DNA of 64,000 nucleotides from Octopus sinensis (GCF_006345805.1 NC_043011.1:48496464-48560463); one strand, 5' to 3'. Counted from the first letter of the stretch, positions 1 through 14,806 are shown. Translations and numbers: made by a program. The notes: a model not told the origin generated them from the letters alone.

Positions 1-465
1 TGATGTTTGATAATGATAAAAAGAAAAATCTAGATGGAAATGGCTTCCACACTTATTACATGTGGGCGGTTCCAAAAGAACAAGTCTTTAACTAAAGAAG
101 CAAATAAAAAAGAATATCTTTAAGACTAAAATCTTATTTCATTAAAAGAAGAGCGCGGGGGTGGTGGAGGTGGAAGCCACATTTTTAGTGAGTTATTCTG
201 TTTATGGTTCTTTAGCAACTTTCTACAGAAAAAGACAAAAACCAAAAGGATAAAAAAAAAAAGACAAGAATTTCTTTAACTGCATTGATTTAACTCTCTA
301 TTCACAAATTTTGGATTTAGAGTTTGTTATCATCATCATCATCATGGTTATCTTCATCATTAATGTGGAGCTGATAAAATTAAAGATTTAAAACTCAGTC
401 AAGCACGAGGATCAATATAATTGACTATATCCTCCCACTATATCTGAAGTTATGAACCTATGTTA

Positions 466-524
<59 letters not shown>

Positions 525-598
525 CATCATTATTATTATTATTATTATTACCATCATTATTATCATTATTATTATTATTAATTATTATTAAAGGTGAA

Positions 599-985
599 GG
601 AGTGGCTGTGTGGTAAGTAGCTTGCTTACCAACCACATGGTTCTGGGTTGAGTCCTACTGCATGGCACCTTGGGCAAGTGTCTTCTACTCTAGCCTCAGG
701 CCGACCAAAGCTTTGTGAGTGGATTTGGTAGACGGAAACTGAAAGAAGCTCATCGTATATATGTATACATATATATATATGTATGTATGTGTGTGTACAA
801 CAGGCTTCTTTATCCCTCCAGCATTGCTTGACAACCGATGCTTGTGTGTTTACATCCCTGTGGCTTAGCTGTTCGGCAAAAGAGAATGATAGAAAAAGTA
901 CTAGGCTTACAAAGTCCTGGGGTCGATTTGCTCGACTAAAGGCAGTGCTCCAGCATGGCCGCAGACTGAACGAAGTAAAAGACTA
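599..985 (+). mobile_element. SINE family A (tRNA head + CORE-like ccttgggcaagt motif)
   Basis: ggagtggctgtgtggtaagtagcttg...ccagcatggccgcag; many homologous copies in the window. May match a described octopus OR-type SINE; not verified. Confidence 0.8.
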
Positions 986-1187
986 AGATGGTGAGCTGTT
1001 TGTTTAATTTTCGTTTGTTATTATTTGTTCACATGCTGTAAAACCCATTCTATTGTCCCATTTTTGTCTTTTATGTTGTTGCATGTCTTTTAATGTTATT
1101 GTATGTGAGCCCTTGTGGTTCAAACCCAGAAGAAATGCCTCTAAATATTTTGTCCAGAACAATAGTGATTCTGCCAGCTTACCTTTC

Positions 1188-1362
1188 ACTCTCTTACTCT
1201 TCTATTTTTCTCAGTCATTTGACTGTAGCCATGCTGGAGCACTCCAGGACTTATTCTTTGTAAGCCTAGTACTTATTCTATAGGCTTCTCTAAGTTATGG
1301 GGATATAAACACACCAACATCAGTTGTCATGTCGTGACAGGGGGACAAATACAGACACACAA

Positions 1363-1424
<62 letters not shown>

Positions 1425-1596
1425 ATATATATATATATGTATTGGACTTCTTTCAGTTTCTGTCTACCGAATTCACTCACAAGACATTGGTCAGCCCAAG
1501 GCTATAGTAGAAGACACTTGTCCAAGGTGCCACGCAGTGGGACTGAACCTGTGACCATGTGATTGATAAGCAAGCTACTTATCACACAGCCACCCT
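1188..1596 (-). mobile_element. SINE family A
   Basis: Reverse-complement homology to 599-985. Confidence 0.8.
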
Positions 1597-2237
1597 TGCA
1601 CATATATTAGAAACAATTAATATTGATATTTTCGAATCAAATTCAGTCAAGGTCGACTTTGCCTTTCATTCTCTTGAGGTCAACTAAAACAAGTACCAGT
1701 TGAGTACTGGGGTCAATGTAATTGACTTAACCCCTCCACCAAACTTGCTGGCCTTGAGACAAAATTTGAAATAAATATTGATATAAAAGCACCCATGCAG
1801 TACCATGTAAAAGCACACATGTGGTGCCATGTGAAATTCCCCGTGCAACGTCACATAAAAACATTCATGTAGTTCCACATAAAAGCACTTGTGCAGTACC
1901 ATGTAAAAATACCCACATGGCCCCCACATTAAAAAAGCACCTATGCAGTGCCATGTAGAAGCACCCAGCACACTCTGTAAAGTGGTTGGTGTTAGGATGT
2001 GAAATCAGACTGCAGTCTAGTATAGCTCCCCAGCTTGCTAGCTCTGGTCAAACAGTTCAACCCATGCCAGCATGAACAACAGACGTTAAATGATGATGAT
2101 GATGACGATGATGATGATTGTTTCCATTTCCTAATTACTTCTGCAACTGTAATATCATGTTTCTATAGAGCTGTGCCAGTTTCAAATGTTTATTATTATT
2201 ATTTCTACAATTATCATATTATTATTATTAAGGTGTA

Positions 2238-2640
2238 GGAGTGGCTGTTTGGTAAGTAGCTTGCATACCAACCACATGGCTCTGAGTTTCAGTCCCACTG
2301 CATAGCACCTTGGGTAAGTGTCTTCTACTATAGCCTCGGGCCGACCAAAGCCTTGTGAGTGGATTTGATAGATGGAAACTGAAAGAAGACCGACGTATGT
2401 ATATATATGTGTGTGTATGTGTGTGTTTGTATATGTTTGTGTGTCTGTGTTTGTCCCCCCATCATTGCTTGACAACCGATGCTGTTGTGTTTACGTCCTG
2501 TAACTTAGCGGTTCAGCAAATGAGACCAATAGAATCAGTACTAGGCTTACAAAGAATAAGTTCTGGGGTCAACTTTTTTGACTAAAAAGGCGATGCTCCA
2601 GCATGGCTACAGTCAAATGAATGAAACAAATAAAAGAATA
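2238..2640 (+). mobile_element. SINE family A
   Basis: Full-length homology to 19328-19736. Confidence 0.8.
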
Positions 2641-4081
2641 TTAGAATATTAGTAATATATTTACTATTATCAAGTTTTCAAATTTACACCAGTTGCTACT
2701 GGTTATTGTAATCGTTATGATTAGCATTATCATCACGTTTTCTTTTTTTTCTATACGACTATTCAATTAAATGAAATATGAATAAAAAGAAAAAAACTAC
2801 AGCATTGTTGCTTTCAATGTAATTTAATGAATGCATTGTTAGAAATTAGTTCCTTATGATTGAATTTAAATACTGAGATCATTCTAAATGCTTCCGAAAA
2901 TGGAAACAAAAAAAGCATCTTTTAAAATGATGAAGATAACGATAATGATAGCCTTTGATGATATGAGAAATATCAGTTTATTTTAGAATTAGCACAAAGA
3001 CCCTATAATTTTAACAGAGATGAAAAATAGGAAATTTTAGCATTTGTGCTTTTCCCAAGAAAATCAGGATTGCAAGCAAAACGGAATGGACATGAGCATT
3101 AATTGAAACTTTGTCAGTTCCTTGCCTTGTTGGAAATACATTTAGCAAAGTGGTATTTACAGTGCATATTATATGTTTAAATTCTGGCAATCAATATTAA
3201 TATTGATGCATGAAATTTTTTTCTAACTTTTAGTTACCTTTATTTTATTACATAAGTTAAACAGGGAAGAACGAGCTGTTGATGACGAAGGCAACTCTGC
3301 CATAGTGCTGAGACTAATGAGGCTGATGCCAGTCTAAACGTCTGTGAGTCAATCTCAATGGAAAACAGAAATAAGAATAGAAATAAAAAGTGAAAAAATA
3401 AAAAAATAAATAAATAAAGGAGGAGGATCCCAAAAGGTTTGTTTTGAATGATTTCAACAGATTGTTCTCTGCCACCAACAACACCTGAAAACTAGGTGGT
3501 TGTTATTGAATTCGGTCATGTGTTAGGCCTACTACACAAACTTTTTGGCAGGAAACCAATTTAGTGTATATGTACAACGGATTTTTTTACAGGAAATAAT
3601 ATAATCTTTAGAGTGAGTGTGAATCATGTTCAAATTGATCTACATTTATAAACACAACAAGGCACCTGTTGATATATGCGGAGTAATTTTTCTTAAAAGA
3701 AGAGTTATAGCAAATTATAGAGCAACAGATAAACTAACAGGTAAGCCATTATGTGGTCACATAAGTTGCTAGAAATTGTAACCAGATTTCTCTTAAATTA
3801 TATATTAATGTAAAAGAAAGAACCCCTTCTGTCAAGAATTACCATGGGAGTGCACCTTGAGAGTTACTCAGAACATGAAGATGGAGGAAATGCCACTAAG
3901 CATTTGTGCCCAGCTTGCTAACAATTCTGCCAGCTTACAATAATAATGATAATAATAGTAATAATAATAATAATAATAACAAATCACAGCACATACCCAA
4001 GGCACACAGAGCAGCGCTCGGTAGTGAAAGCACGTTATAAAAATAAAACTACTGAATGATAATGATAATAATAATAATATA

Positions 4082-4135
<54 letters not shown>

Positions 4136-4384
4136 GAAGGTATATACAATAGAGTTGACTTTTCAATTGTTATGTGCATTTCTAGGAGAATGGCTATCTG
4201 TTTGGTTATTAATATATTACATAATACAATAAAATAACCAGAACATTTCATCAGACATGCTTAAATTATTAAAACACAATTTGATCTAACTTTTGTATAT
4301 CCTGTGAGTTAATATCTGCATTGATTAATTGCTTAGATTGTAAAGATCCTAACCACAAGGGTATGTGTATACATGTATATATAT

Positions 4385-4512
4385 ATAATCAAAATAAGCA
4401 ACAGGATATCAAGAGGTGATACAGTACGACTGTTTCAAGCAGCTCCATTTAATTGAACAATGCAATCATTACATCAGTTTAAATGCAGGGCTATCGTCAG
4501 CTGCACAAATAA
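4385..4512. mobile_element. Single-arm copy of the 33846-34091 family next to (AT)n
   Basis: Shares aaaataagcaacaggatatc...gtttcaagc(a/g)gctccatttaattgaacaatgcaatcattacatca. Confidence 0.6.
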
Positions 4513-5402
4513 ATAGAATTTTAATCAGTTGGACACATTAATATAATTTTACTCAAATACTTTAACGGGGCAAGAAGATGGAAGAAATCCATGTTGTCAC
4601 TCTTGTAGCTAAGAATATACTACACTTCCAAGAAAAGTATAAAGCTTACTGGGGTCATTGCTTGTAAAGGATTGTGGTTCATTTCCGATTTATTTGTCTT
4701 CATTTCAACTACTAAATCTAAGACTAGAATACTGTGTCTGTTTGGAATGAAGGGCAAGAGTGTGGCAACAGCTCATGGCTAGGTATGGTCATAAATATTG
4801 TCAAGACGTTAGGAGTAGTAAATTGGGTATAGAGTAACTATCTATAAAAGGAAGATGGGTAGGGGAAGACCCTAAATCATGATGTTGATTACCAGTTAAA
4901 GGGACAAGACGCTAATAAAACCTATGATGTTAATACGGAGGAAATTTTATCATGGGGAACTATGGGTGATTGTTTATAAACAATATTGTTATGTAGTATA
5001 AAGATGAAATTTAAGAATATGAAAATGATATAAACAATATATGTAAAATGTGTGTATATATCAATTTTTAACATTAAAAAGGAAAGATTACTTAGAATCA
5101 GTATAATATTCATTCATGTACTTAATTATTTACTTATTAGGTGGTTTCTATAAAGACTGCTCTGGGCATTTACATACGGAATACTGGAAAGATAAACATG
5201 CTATCTATACATTAATTATAAACCAAGAATCAGAAAAAATAAAGATGTGTACAGATACACACACATGAACATATACATAAATATTTATACGTTTATATGA
5301 ATATAGTATAACCATCTCACATAGACTTAAGTAACTAAAAAATATCCATTTACGAACAAAAACAATAACAATTTATAAGAGATAAGAGGTTAATAGGTTA
5401 TG

Positions 5403-5440
<38 letters not shown>

Positions 5441-5894
5441 TATATAAGAGGTTAATAGGTTATACATATACATATGCATATATAAATATGTATATATTTG
5501 TATATATACATATACAAATATTTATATGCTTATATGGATATAGTATAACCATCTCACATAGACCTATTAGCTGAGAAATTCCTATTTAAGAACACTAACG
5601 ATATTAAGGGATAAGAGGTTAATAGGTAAGGGTATCATCATCATCATCATCATTTAACGTCCGCTTTCCATGCTGGCATGGGTTGGACGGTTCAACTGGG
5701 GTCTGGGGAGCCCGAAGGCTGCACCAGGCCAGTCAGATCTGGCAGTGTTTCTACAGCTGGATGCCCTTCCTAACGCCAACCACTCCGAGAGTGTAGTGGG
5801 TGATTTTATGTGCCACCGACACAGGTGCCAGACGAGGCTGGCGAACGGCCACGCTCGGAAAACAAAGTAATAAGAATTTATAGAAAGGGATAAG

Positions 5895-8691
5895 ATATAT
5901 ATATATAACTTACATTTAAAGAGGCAGGGTATTCAAATTTGAGGTAAGGAAGAAGAGGTAGTAGGTATGAGAGTAGTGAGGGCAATTAGAGGTATTCTGA
6001 CCAAAGAGATTTTATAAGTTGTTATGTTACATGTACTATTACAAATGAAGAAAGGAAAAGAGACAGAGAAATATGGCATTTCAAAATGATATTGGCATAT
6101 AATTTTCGAAGTGTAATCTCATATACATGAAAACAAGGATATTAAACATTGGCTGACTCAAAACACACAGTACCTAATTTATTCCTTGTTTGAGCTGAAT
6201 ATAGAGCTTGATGGGGGTGCATGTGTATACTGTCAGTTATGCATTGGTGCATTATTATGCATCTTGATGTAGAAGAATTCTATTTTTCAGAAATTTAATT
6301 ACAATTGGGAATTTATTTAGAAATGGGACCCAATTTTCAACATTTGATTTCCTGACTCCACATAATTAAAAACAGATCTCAAACTGCTTGAAAATAAAGT
6401 TCACATACAATAATGGCAAAATTACAACAGAATCAAAAGTGAGAGGATACGTTTTAAGGGAGAAAATTCTTCAAATCAAATTATTTAAAAAATTTATTTT
6501 TGCCTGATCAATGCCTAAAAACGATACAAATATATGAATTTTCAGAATAAAATTAGGATCAATAAACAATCATAATTTTTTAGAACGTATTTTCAATTGA
6601 ATCTTATGTTTCTAGCAATTTAGATATTATTATGGTATTGAAAATAAAGAAACTTAACATAGAGACAAAAGAGGCCAAACCTATTGGATATCATTTATTC
6701 TTTTACTTAAGTCGTTTGACTGCGGCCATGCTGGAGCATCAGCTTCAAGAGTTTTAACCAAATAAATCAACGCCAGGGCTTACTTTATGTATTTTTCAAA
6801 CATGGCAATTATTCTATTGGTCTCTTGTGCCAAACCACTGAGTTATGGGGATGCAAACACACCAACACTACACTGGTTGTCAGGTAGTGATGAGAGACAA
6901 ACACAGACACACACATGCACACATATATACATACAAACATATATGCGATGAGGTTTTTTCAGTTTCTGTCTACCAAATCCACTCATGAGACTTTGCTTGG
7001 CCCAAGGCTATAGTAGGAGACACTTGCTCAATGTGCCACACAGTGCGACTGAACCCTGAACTATAAACTATATGGTTGGGAAGTAAGCTTCTTACCACAC
7101 AGCTATACCTGTGCCTGGTTAATTTTTTAAAATATAAATCCAAGAAGCACTTCAGGCATCTATTATAAAATTTAATTAAGCCTAATTGGGATAGCAATAA
7201 ATTTTTTACGGTACACATGAACTAGTTTATAAAAGCAAATACGTAATTGTATAGACGCACAGATGAACTTACACACACACACGCACATACATGCATATAT
7301 ATATATAACTTACATTAAAGAGGCAGGTATTCAAATTTGAGGTAAGGAAGAAGAGGTAGTAGGTATGAGAGTAGTGAGGGCAATTAGAGGTATTCTGACC
7401 AAAGAGATTTTATAAGTTGTTATGTTACATGTACTATTACGAATGAAGAAAGGAAAAGAGACAGAGAAATATGGCATTTCAAAATGATATTGGCATATAA
7501 TTTTCGAAGTGTAATCTCATATACATGAAAACAAGGATATTAAACATTGGCTGACTCAAAACACACAGTACCTAATTTATTCCTTGTTTGAGCTGAATAT
7601 AGAGCTTGATGGGGGTGCATGTGTATACTGTCAGTTATGCATTGGTGCATTATTATGCATCTTGATGTAGAAGAATTCTATTTTTCAGAAATTTATTTAC
7701 AATGGGAATTTATTTAGAAATGGGACCCAATTTTCAACATTTGATTTCCTGACTCCACATAATTAAAAACAGATCTCAAACTGCTTGAAAATAAAGTTCA
7801 CATACAATAATGGCAAAATTACAACAGAATCAAAAGTGAGAGGATACGTTTTAAGGGAGAAAATTCTTCAAATCAAATTATTTAAAAAATTTATTTTTGC
7901 CTGATCAATGCCTAAAAACGATACAAATATATGAATTTTCAGAATAAAATTAGGATCAATAAACAATCATAATTTTTTAGAACGTATTTTCAATTGAATC
8001 TTATGTTTCTAGCAATTTAGATATTATTATGGTATTGAAAATAAAGAAACTTAACATAGAGACAAAAGAGGCCAAACCTATTGGATATCATTTATTCTTT
8101 TACTTAAGTCGTTTGACTGCGGCCATGCTGGAGCATCAGCTTCAAGAGTTTTAACCAAATAAATCAACGCCAGGGCTTACTTTATGTATTTTTCAAACAT
8201 GGCAATTATTCTATTGGTCTCTTGTGCCAAACCACTGAGTTATGGGGATGCAAACACACCAACACTACACTGGTTGTCAGGTAGTGATGAGAGACAAACA
8301 CAGACACACACATGCACACATATATACATACAAACATATATGCGATGAGGTTTTTTCAGTTTCTGTCTACCAAATCCACTCATGAGACTTTGCTTGGCCC
8401 AAGGCTATAGTAGGAGACACTTGCTCAATGTGCCACACAGTGCGACTGAACCCTGAACTATAAACTATATGGTTGGGAAGTAAGCTTCTTACCACACAGC
8501 TATACCTGTGCCTGGTTAATTTTTTAAAATATAAATCCAAGAAGCACTTCAGGCATCTATTATAAAATTTAATTAAGCCTAATTGGGATAGCAATAAATT
8601 TTTTACTGTACACATGAACTAGTTTATAAAAGCAAATACGTAATTGTATAGACGCACAGATGAACTTACACACACACACGCACATACATGC
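5895..8691. repeat. Near-perfect direct tandem duplication, ~1400 + 1397 bp
   Basis: Copies 5895-7294 and 7295-8691; identical ORF-track entries offset by 1397; junctions in (AT)n. Confidence 0.95.
6697..7110 (-). mobile_element. SINE family A, duplicated at 8094-8507
   Basis: Reverse-complement homology; lies inside the 1.4-kb duplication. Confidence 0.75.
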
Positions 8692-9212
8692 ATATATATA
8701 TATACACCCTTTGTGTACATACATATATAACAGATACATAATTAATTTCCTATAAAATTTTAATTTACATAATTGCAATCAGTACTAAGAGTTATATATT
8801 TTTTTCCTCCATTCTGTTCACTAAATTTAACAACAGCATCGCATGACGAACAAAGCAACATCTTTATATATGTAGCTGCAACATTTAAACAACAACAACA
8901 ACTAAAATAGCAACAAGTCACTGACCTTCACATAACTATATAACTATATGTGTGCGTGTGTGTGTGTGTGTTGGTATGCATGTGTGTGCATGCATGCATG
9001 CATGTACATATGTTTGTATATATAAGAATGTGTATGTATACATATGCATCAAGATATGTATGTATATATATATATATATATATTTATATATTCACACACA
9101 TAAAATATAACATTATATATATGTGTGTATATACATATATATATATATATTCACACACATAAAATATAACATTATATATATATGTGTGTATATACATATA
9201 TATATATATATA

Positions 9213-9255
<43 letters not shown>

Positions 9256-10143
9256 TTATATATATATATACACTTATATATACATATGTATTAATAAAAT
9301 TTATATGTTCATATGTGTTGGTGTGGAGGTGTTCTATATATATACATTGACTAAATGGAAGCAAAGAGTTTACCAATAGGCTGAATTAAGAAACAATAAC
9401 AATGTCTTTTTTCTGTATACAGTAGCCATGACAACAGCAATATGATTAATTCATATGTTACTTAATTACCGATTTTTAAAAATTTTTTAAATTTATTTTC
9501 CTGTCTGTAAACTTAATGCTGGTTTCCTGCCTAGAAATGAAACCAAAAAATCAAAAGTAAAAGAAAAAAAAACAAAAAAAAAACGGAAGAAAGAAAATGA
9601 AGCATTAACAGAAAGTATGTAAAAGAGTGTAAAACTAAATGAGGTTGGCATTACCAACATTCTCAATCCTCAACTTTCAACTTCAAAAATGGAAAAAAAA
9701 AAAAAAAAGAACTGCTGTGACTCCTATTTGCAAATTCTTTTAAATGTAAATGAAAGCAATTTTATTAAATTATTTTTCTTGTTCGTTTTAGATCTACTTA
9801 AATAAACAAGAAATGTATCAAAAACTAAAAACCAAAAGAAAACGACAATTATCCAAAATTTTAGGCATTGTTAAAAGAATTTAGTATGATCAAAGACAGA
9901 CTAGTTTATTCATCAAAATTGATTGGATGAACTACTTCCTGCCACAGATTCAGAAGTTCATATCCGACTACTGGCAATATAAACTGGCACTGGCAAATAA
10001 AGAATTTGATCTCAACTGTCTCTCTGTCCTCCTGTGCTTAACCCTATAGCATTCAGATTACACTGTCAAATGTAACACTTATCTATTGACAATCTTTTCA
10101 ATGAATCATGCATTATCTTATACTTTCAAGATTACAATGATGT

Positions 10144-10558
10144 ACTCTTTTACTTTTATTTGTTTCAGTCATTTGACTGTGGCCATGCTGGAGCACCGCC
10201 TTTAGTCGAGCAAATCAACCTCAGGACTTATTCTTTGTAAGCCTAGTACTTATTCTATCGGTCCCTTTTTCCGAACTGCTAAGTTACGGGTACATAAACA
10301 CACCAGCATCAATTGTCAATCGATGTTGTGGGGACAAACACAGACACACAAATATATACACACACACACATGCATATATATATATATATATATATATATA
10401 CGATTGGCATCTTTCAGTTTCTGTCTACCAAATCCACTCACAAGGCTTTGGTTGGCCGGAGGCTATAGTAGAAGACACTTGCCCACGGTGTCACACAGTG
10501 GGACTGAACCCAGAACCATGTAGTTGGTAAGCAAGCTACTTGCCAACCAGCTACTCCT
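10144..10558 (-). mobile_element. SINE family A
   Basis: Reverse-complement homology. Confidence 0.8.
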
Positions 10559-10634
10559 GTGCCTACACTTACCACACAGCCATTCTTGTGCTTAAAAAAA
10601 ATATGACCTGAACATACGTTGCTGAAATTAGAGT

Positions 10635-10720
10635 TATTGTTGTTCAGGTCACTGCTTGGAACCAAACTCAGAATCTTGGGGTTAGTAGCCCATGATCTTA
10701 ACCATGACACTATATGCCCA
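10635..10720 (-). mobile_element. Isolated tRNA-like head of the same family, no hammerhead tail visible
   Basis: Reverse complement matches gggcatat...ggctactaaccccaagattctgagtttggttccaagcagtgacctgaacaacaataa. Confidence 0.55.
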
Positions 10721-11144
10721 TCGGTATATGATTAATTATTTTTAGAATGACATAGTAGGGAACATGGAAGAAGGTAAAGCTGGCCAATCTGGACATTTAA
10801 TAGGAAAATAATTATTTTCATTATCTTAATCTAATTTAATTGTTCACTCTAATTTATTTTATATCTTTATATATATATCTAATTGTTTTAATGGAAAATT
10901 TTTGAAAACTATTTAATGAATAAACTCGGGTTCATTCATTTATATTTAGAAGTTAATTTTTATATGATTTATTTATTTGCATATTTTTCTTTGCAAGAAA
11001 TATTATTTTTACTTCAACATATATCCATTCATTCCATTTCACCTAAATTTGTGAATAAATAAGTGCCCAGATAAATGGATTTAAAATCTCTACTGCAAGC
11101 CAAAGTTCAGCCTAGTTCCTATATTTCACTTGATTGAGAATATG

Positions 11145-11457
11145 AACATACGAACGTCGCCCTTCTCAATCCTAGCCAGGCTCATGGGCCCGGTTTCCTG
11201 GTTTCTGTGGCGTATGTGTTCCTCCCAGCTGGACGGGACACCAGTCTATTGCAGCATTACTCGCGAAACAGGAAGAGAGAGTGAGAGAAAGTTGTGGTGA
11301 AAGAGTACAACAGGGGTTGCCACTACCCCCTGCTGGAGCCTCGTGGAGCTTTTAGGTTTTTTTTCGCTCAATAAACACACACAATGTCTGGGAATCAAAA
11401 CCATGATGCTCTGACTGCGAGTCTGCTGCTCTAACCACTGGGCCATTGCGCCTCCAC
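11145..11457 (-). mobile_element. SINE family C, third tail type
   Basis: Same head and core as 21859 on the minus strand. Confidence 0.8.
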
Positions 11458-12796
11458 AATTGAGAATATACCCAAAGCAAAAAGACCTATTTGGGACTGA
11501 ATATGGCCAGTTTAAATGCCAAAGGGTTAAATATTTACCATAGAGTACTCTACTAAAATGATTAGATTGTCACATTTTAGTTCTTGAGATTAAACATTCC
11601 TAAGGGTATGTATTTGACAGGGCTACAAGAAATATTTCTTGTGTTTAGTCTTAATTCAGTGTCCTTAAACAATTTTATCCAAAAGTCATTCGAATCTATA
11701 CCTCATTTCAGATTATGAGCTACATGAGACTGTTGTTTTGTACAGGTTAACTTTTCCAAAATTCATTCTTACTGGACACTTGCAATAGGTGTCTAGTAAA
11801 AATATCCTTTATTCTCAATGCAAGGAATTCCACCAATTTCATGTATCTATCTAGGAGTTATGGGGTAAAGTACAAAACTGCAAAATCCAAGTAATTTCTC
11901 AGGAACAGAAACATGTAATTTAATAGCCTTGTTTTGAAAAACTATGGGTTATCTTCATTTTAAAATTTGAATAAAAGAAGCTGTAGAAATGCAATTTCTA
12001 TTTCTATAAAAATTAATGAAATTATTTTTTCTCTCAATATTTTGATATTAAAAGCTCTTATTCATTCACAAATCTCAATTCTTCTGAATATAATCATGTG
12101 TTACATGCAAAACATCCCAATCAAAATTAATTCGAAATCTATTTTAACTGACCTAAACTTCTCTTTCATTTTGAATAAGAGTTCTTGTTGCCTAACAATA
12201 TGGTAAGAGAATAATAACTACCATTTATTTCATTAAAAATGAAACAAAAAAAAATTAGAAACTGAATTGTTAGGGCTTCTTTTATTCAAATTTCCCATTC
12301 GCAATATTTCATACATGTTCTCAAAATGCAAATATTACTATTCTTGTTGGATTTCACAAACATTGATAAGAAATGAATTTTAAAAATAAACAGGTGTGAA
12401 TGGGGAATTTTGATTCACCAGCTAATTGCTGTTCTTGATACAAAATGGAACAATATTGCCAAATAAAGTAAGTATCCAGGAAAATGATTTGGTCAACTAA
12501 AATGTCCATAGTCATTCTTGATTGACCAAAATTCTTTTGAATATTGTTCTTTTAGATACATTTTATTCCATCCAATGTGAAATCAAAAATTGTTTCAGCT
12601 GTGTGTACATTCATTCCTTGTTTGATCATGAATAATAAGTTGTTTCTTTTTTAGAATCTAAATACTGTAAAAGTGAAATGGTATAAATTATATTATGTAA
12701 GAAAACTTTAAAACAAACCCTACAGGAATTTTGTGCTGTCACAACATTTTACTCGGATTTCAAATTCTCACTGTTTCACACATTTACCAAAACAAA

Positions 12797-12832
<36 letters not shown>

Positions 12833-13036
12833 GTGTGGTGGACTCTCCCATCGAAGACGATGTATGAGCATTCAGCTTTTGCCGAATGACCTGCACAAAT
12901 AATTTGTCTATAGTGATCAAATGTATATGCCATACATTAGCTCACTCTAGCGTCCCATCCAGGTGGGGAGCCTATACACCAAGGAAACTGGGAAACCAGC
13001 CCTTATGAGCCAGGCATGGCTAGAGAAGGAACAAAC

Positions 13037-13098
<62 letters not shown>

Positions 13099-13139
13099 TC
13101 ATACATGCATATATATATGCGCATATATATATATGTATG

Positions 13140-13170
<31 letters not shown>

Positions 13171-13305
13171 ATGCATATATATATATATATATATACATAC
13201 TTGCATATATATATATACATGAAATACCGTTATGCATTTTGCTCCATGTGCTAATGTTTCTGCCAGCTTGTGCCATAACAAATAATAATATTGAAATATC
13301 TTGGG

Positions 13306-13736
13306 GCAGGCGTGGCTCTGTGATAAGAAACTTGCTTCCTAGCCACATGGTCCAGAATAAATCCCACTTGGGTAAGAGTCTTCTGCTATTGCCTCAGGCT
13401 GACCAAAGCATTGTTTGTGAGTAGATTTGGTAAACTGAAACAAAAAGAAGCTTATCTTCTGTGTGTGTGTGTGTGTGTATTTATGCGTGTGTGTTTCTGT
13501 GTGTTTGTTTGTCCACATCCCCATCACCATTGCTTGACAACCGGTGTTGGTGTGTTTTCGTCCCCGTAACTTAACAGTTCAGCAAAAGGGACCAATGGAG
13601 TAAGTACTAGGCTTAAAAAAACAAAACGACTAAGTCCGGGGTCGATTTCTTCACCTAAAACCCTTCAAGGCGATGCCCCAGCATGGCCACAGTCAAATGA
13701 CCGAAATAAGTAAAAGAACAAAAGAATAAGTAAAGT
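13306..13736 (+). mobile_element. SINE family A
   Basis: Homology to other copies, internal (GT)n. Confidence 0.75.
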
Positions 13737-14404
13737 ATGAACTACATTTGTTTTCCAAAGTTATCTTGCACAGAAAGCGAAGTAGCAGCAACACCAGCAG
13801 CGGCTGCATCACATTCAGCAGCACGAGCATCGGCAGCAGAACATGCAGCAGCCAGGCAAGCTTGTATGAATGAGCCTTTTTGTGCAAGATGCAATTAGTT
13901 TACGAAATAACGAAATACATTTACATTTGTCTAATGAGGTTGGGGGGGGGGAGAATAGTAGCGACGAGAAAAGTAGCAAGTGTCAAAAAATACACAAGAT
14001 GAGGAAAAATGAGAAGGATGGAGAGAAAATTAAAAAAAAATAAAAAATGAGAGTCAAGAAATTGTATTGTAAAGCGTGAGTGTGTAGCTTTCTTGTAGAA
14101 AAATAAAAAAAAAATAAGAAAAAGAAAAAAAAAAAGAAAAAAAGAAATAAGGAATTGTGGCAAGTAGTAATGTACCACAGAATTTAGCAGAAATCTCTTA
14201 AGTAAAGAAGAAGAAAATTAAGAGAAAGATAGAGAGGGTGGGGAGAGAGAGAGAGGGTGGAGGAGAGAGTGACAGACTGATGGAGGTGATTGCTTATTAG
14301 AATGATATATGTGATGTGCTGGGTGCTTTGCAATACTTGAGACTTTCGGTTTCGCTTTGGTATGAATAGCAACCAATTATTGTCTCACAGTCAAGAGAAT
14401 GTAA

Positions 14405-14510
14405 GACAAATAATAATAATAATAACAATAATAATAATAATAATAATAATAACAATAACAATAATAATAATAATGATGATAATAATAATAATAATAATAT
14501 AATAATAATG

Positions 14511-14554
<44 letters not shown>

Positions 14555-14563
14555 AAGAAGAAG

Positions 14564-14595
<32 letters not shown>

Positions 14596-14655
14596 GTAAA
14601 AGAAGAAAAAAAAGAAGAAAAAAAAGAAGAAGAGAGGAGGAGGAGGAGGAGGGGG
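14405..14655. repeat. Compound trinucleotide microsatellite (TAA)n-(GAA)n-(GAG)n
   Basis: Visible directly. Confidence 0.95.
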
Positions 14656-14772
14656 AAGAATTACTAACTTTTGCACAAGTCACAAAGTTTTCAGGAAGAT
14701 GAACAGTCAATTTTATCACTTCCTCTCACTATAACTTGGCTCGTATATCATTATATAATTCCTCTCAACAAT

Positions 14773-14806
<34 letters not shown>

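Larger units (their letters stand above)
10042..11526. mobile_element. piggyBac-type non-autonomous element with three nested SINEs
   Basis: TTAA-ccctatagcattc ... aaatgccaaaggg-TTAA; TIRs match 10 of 13. Confidence 0.5.

Noticed and set aside
3265-3343. Exon-like segment (acag|G ... T|gtgagt)
   Set aside because: Stops in all three plus frames and no recognisable product; a non-coding exon cannot be excluded.
14297-14719. Poly-L/I/Y/R/E ORFs
   Set aside because: Translations of (TAA)n, (GAA)n and (GAG)n.
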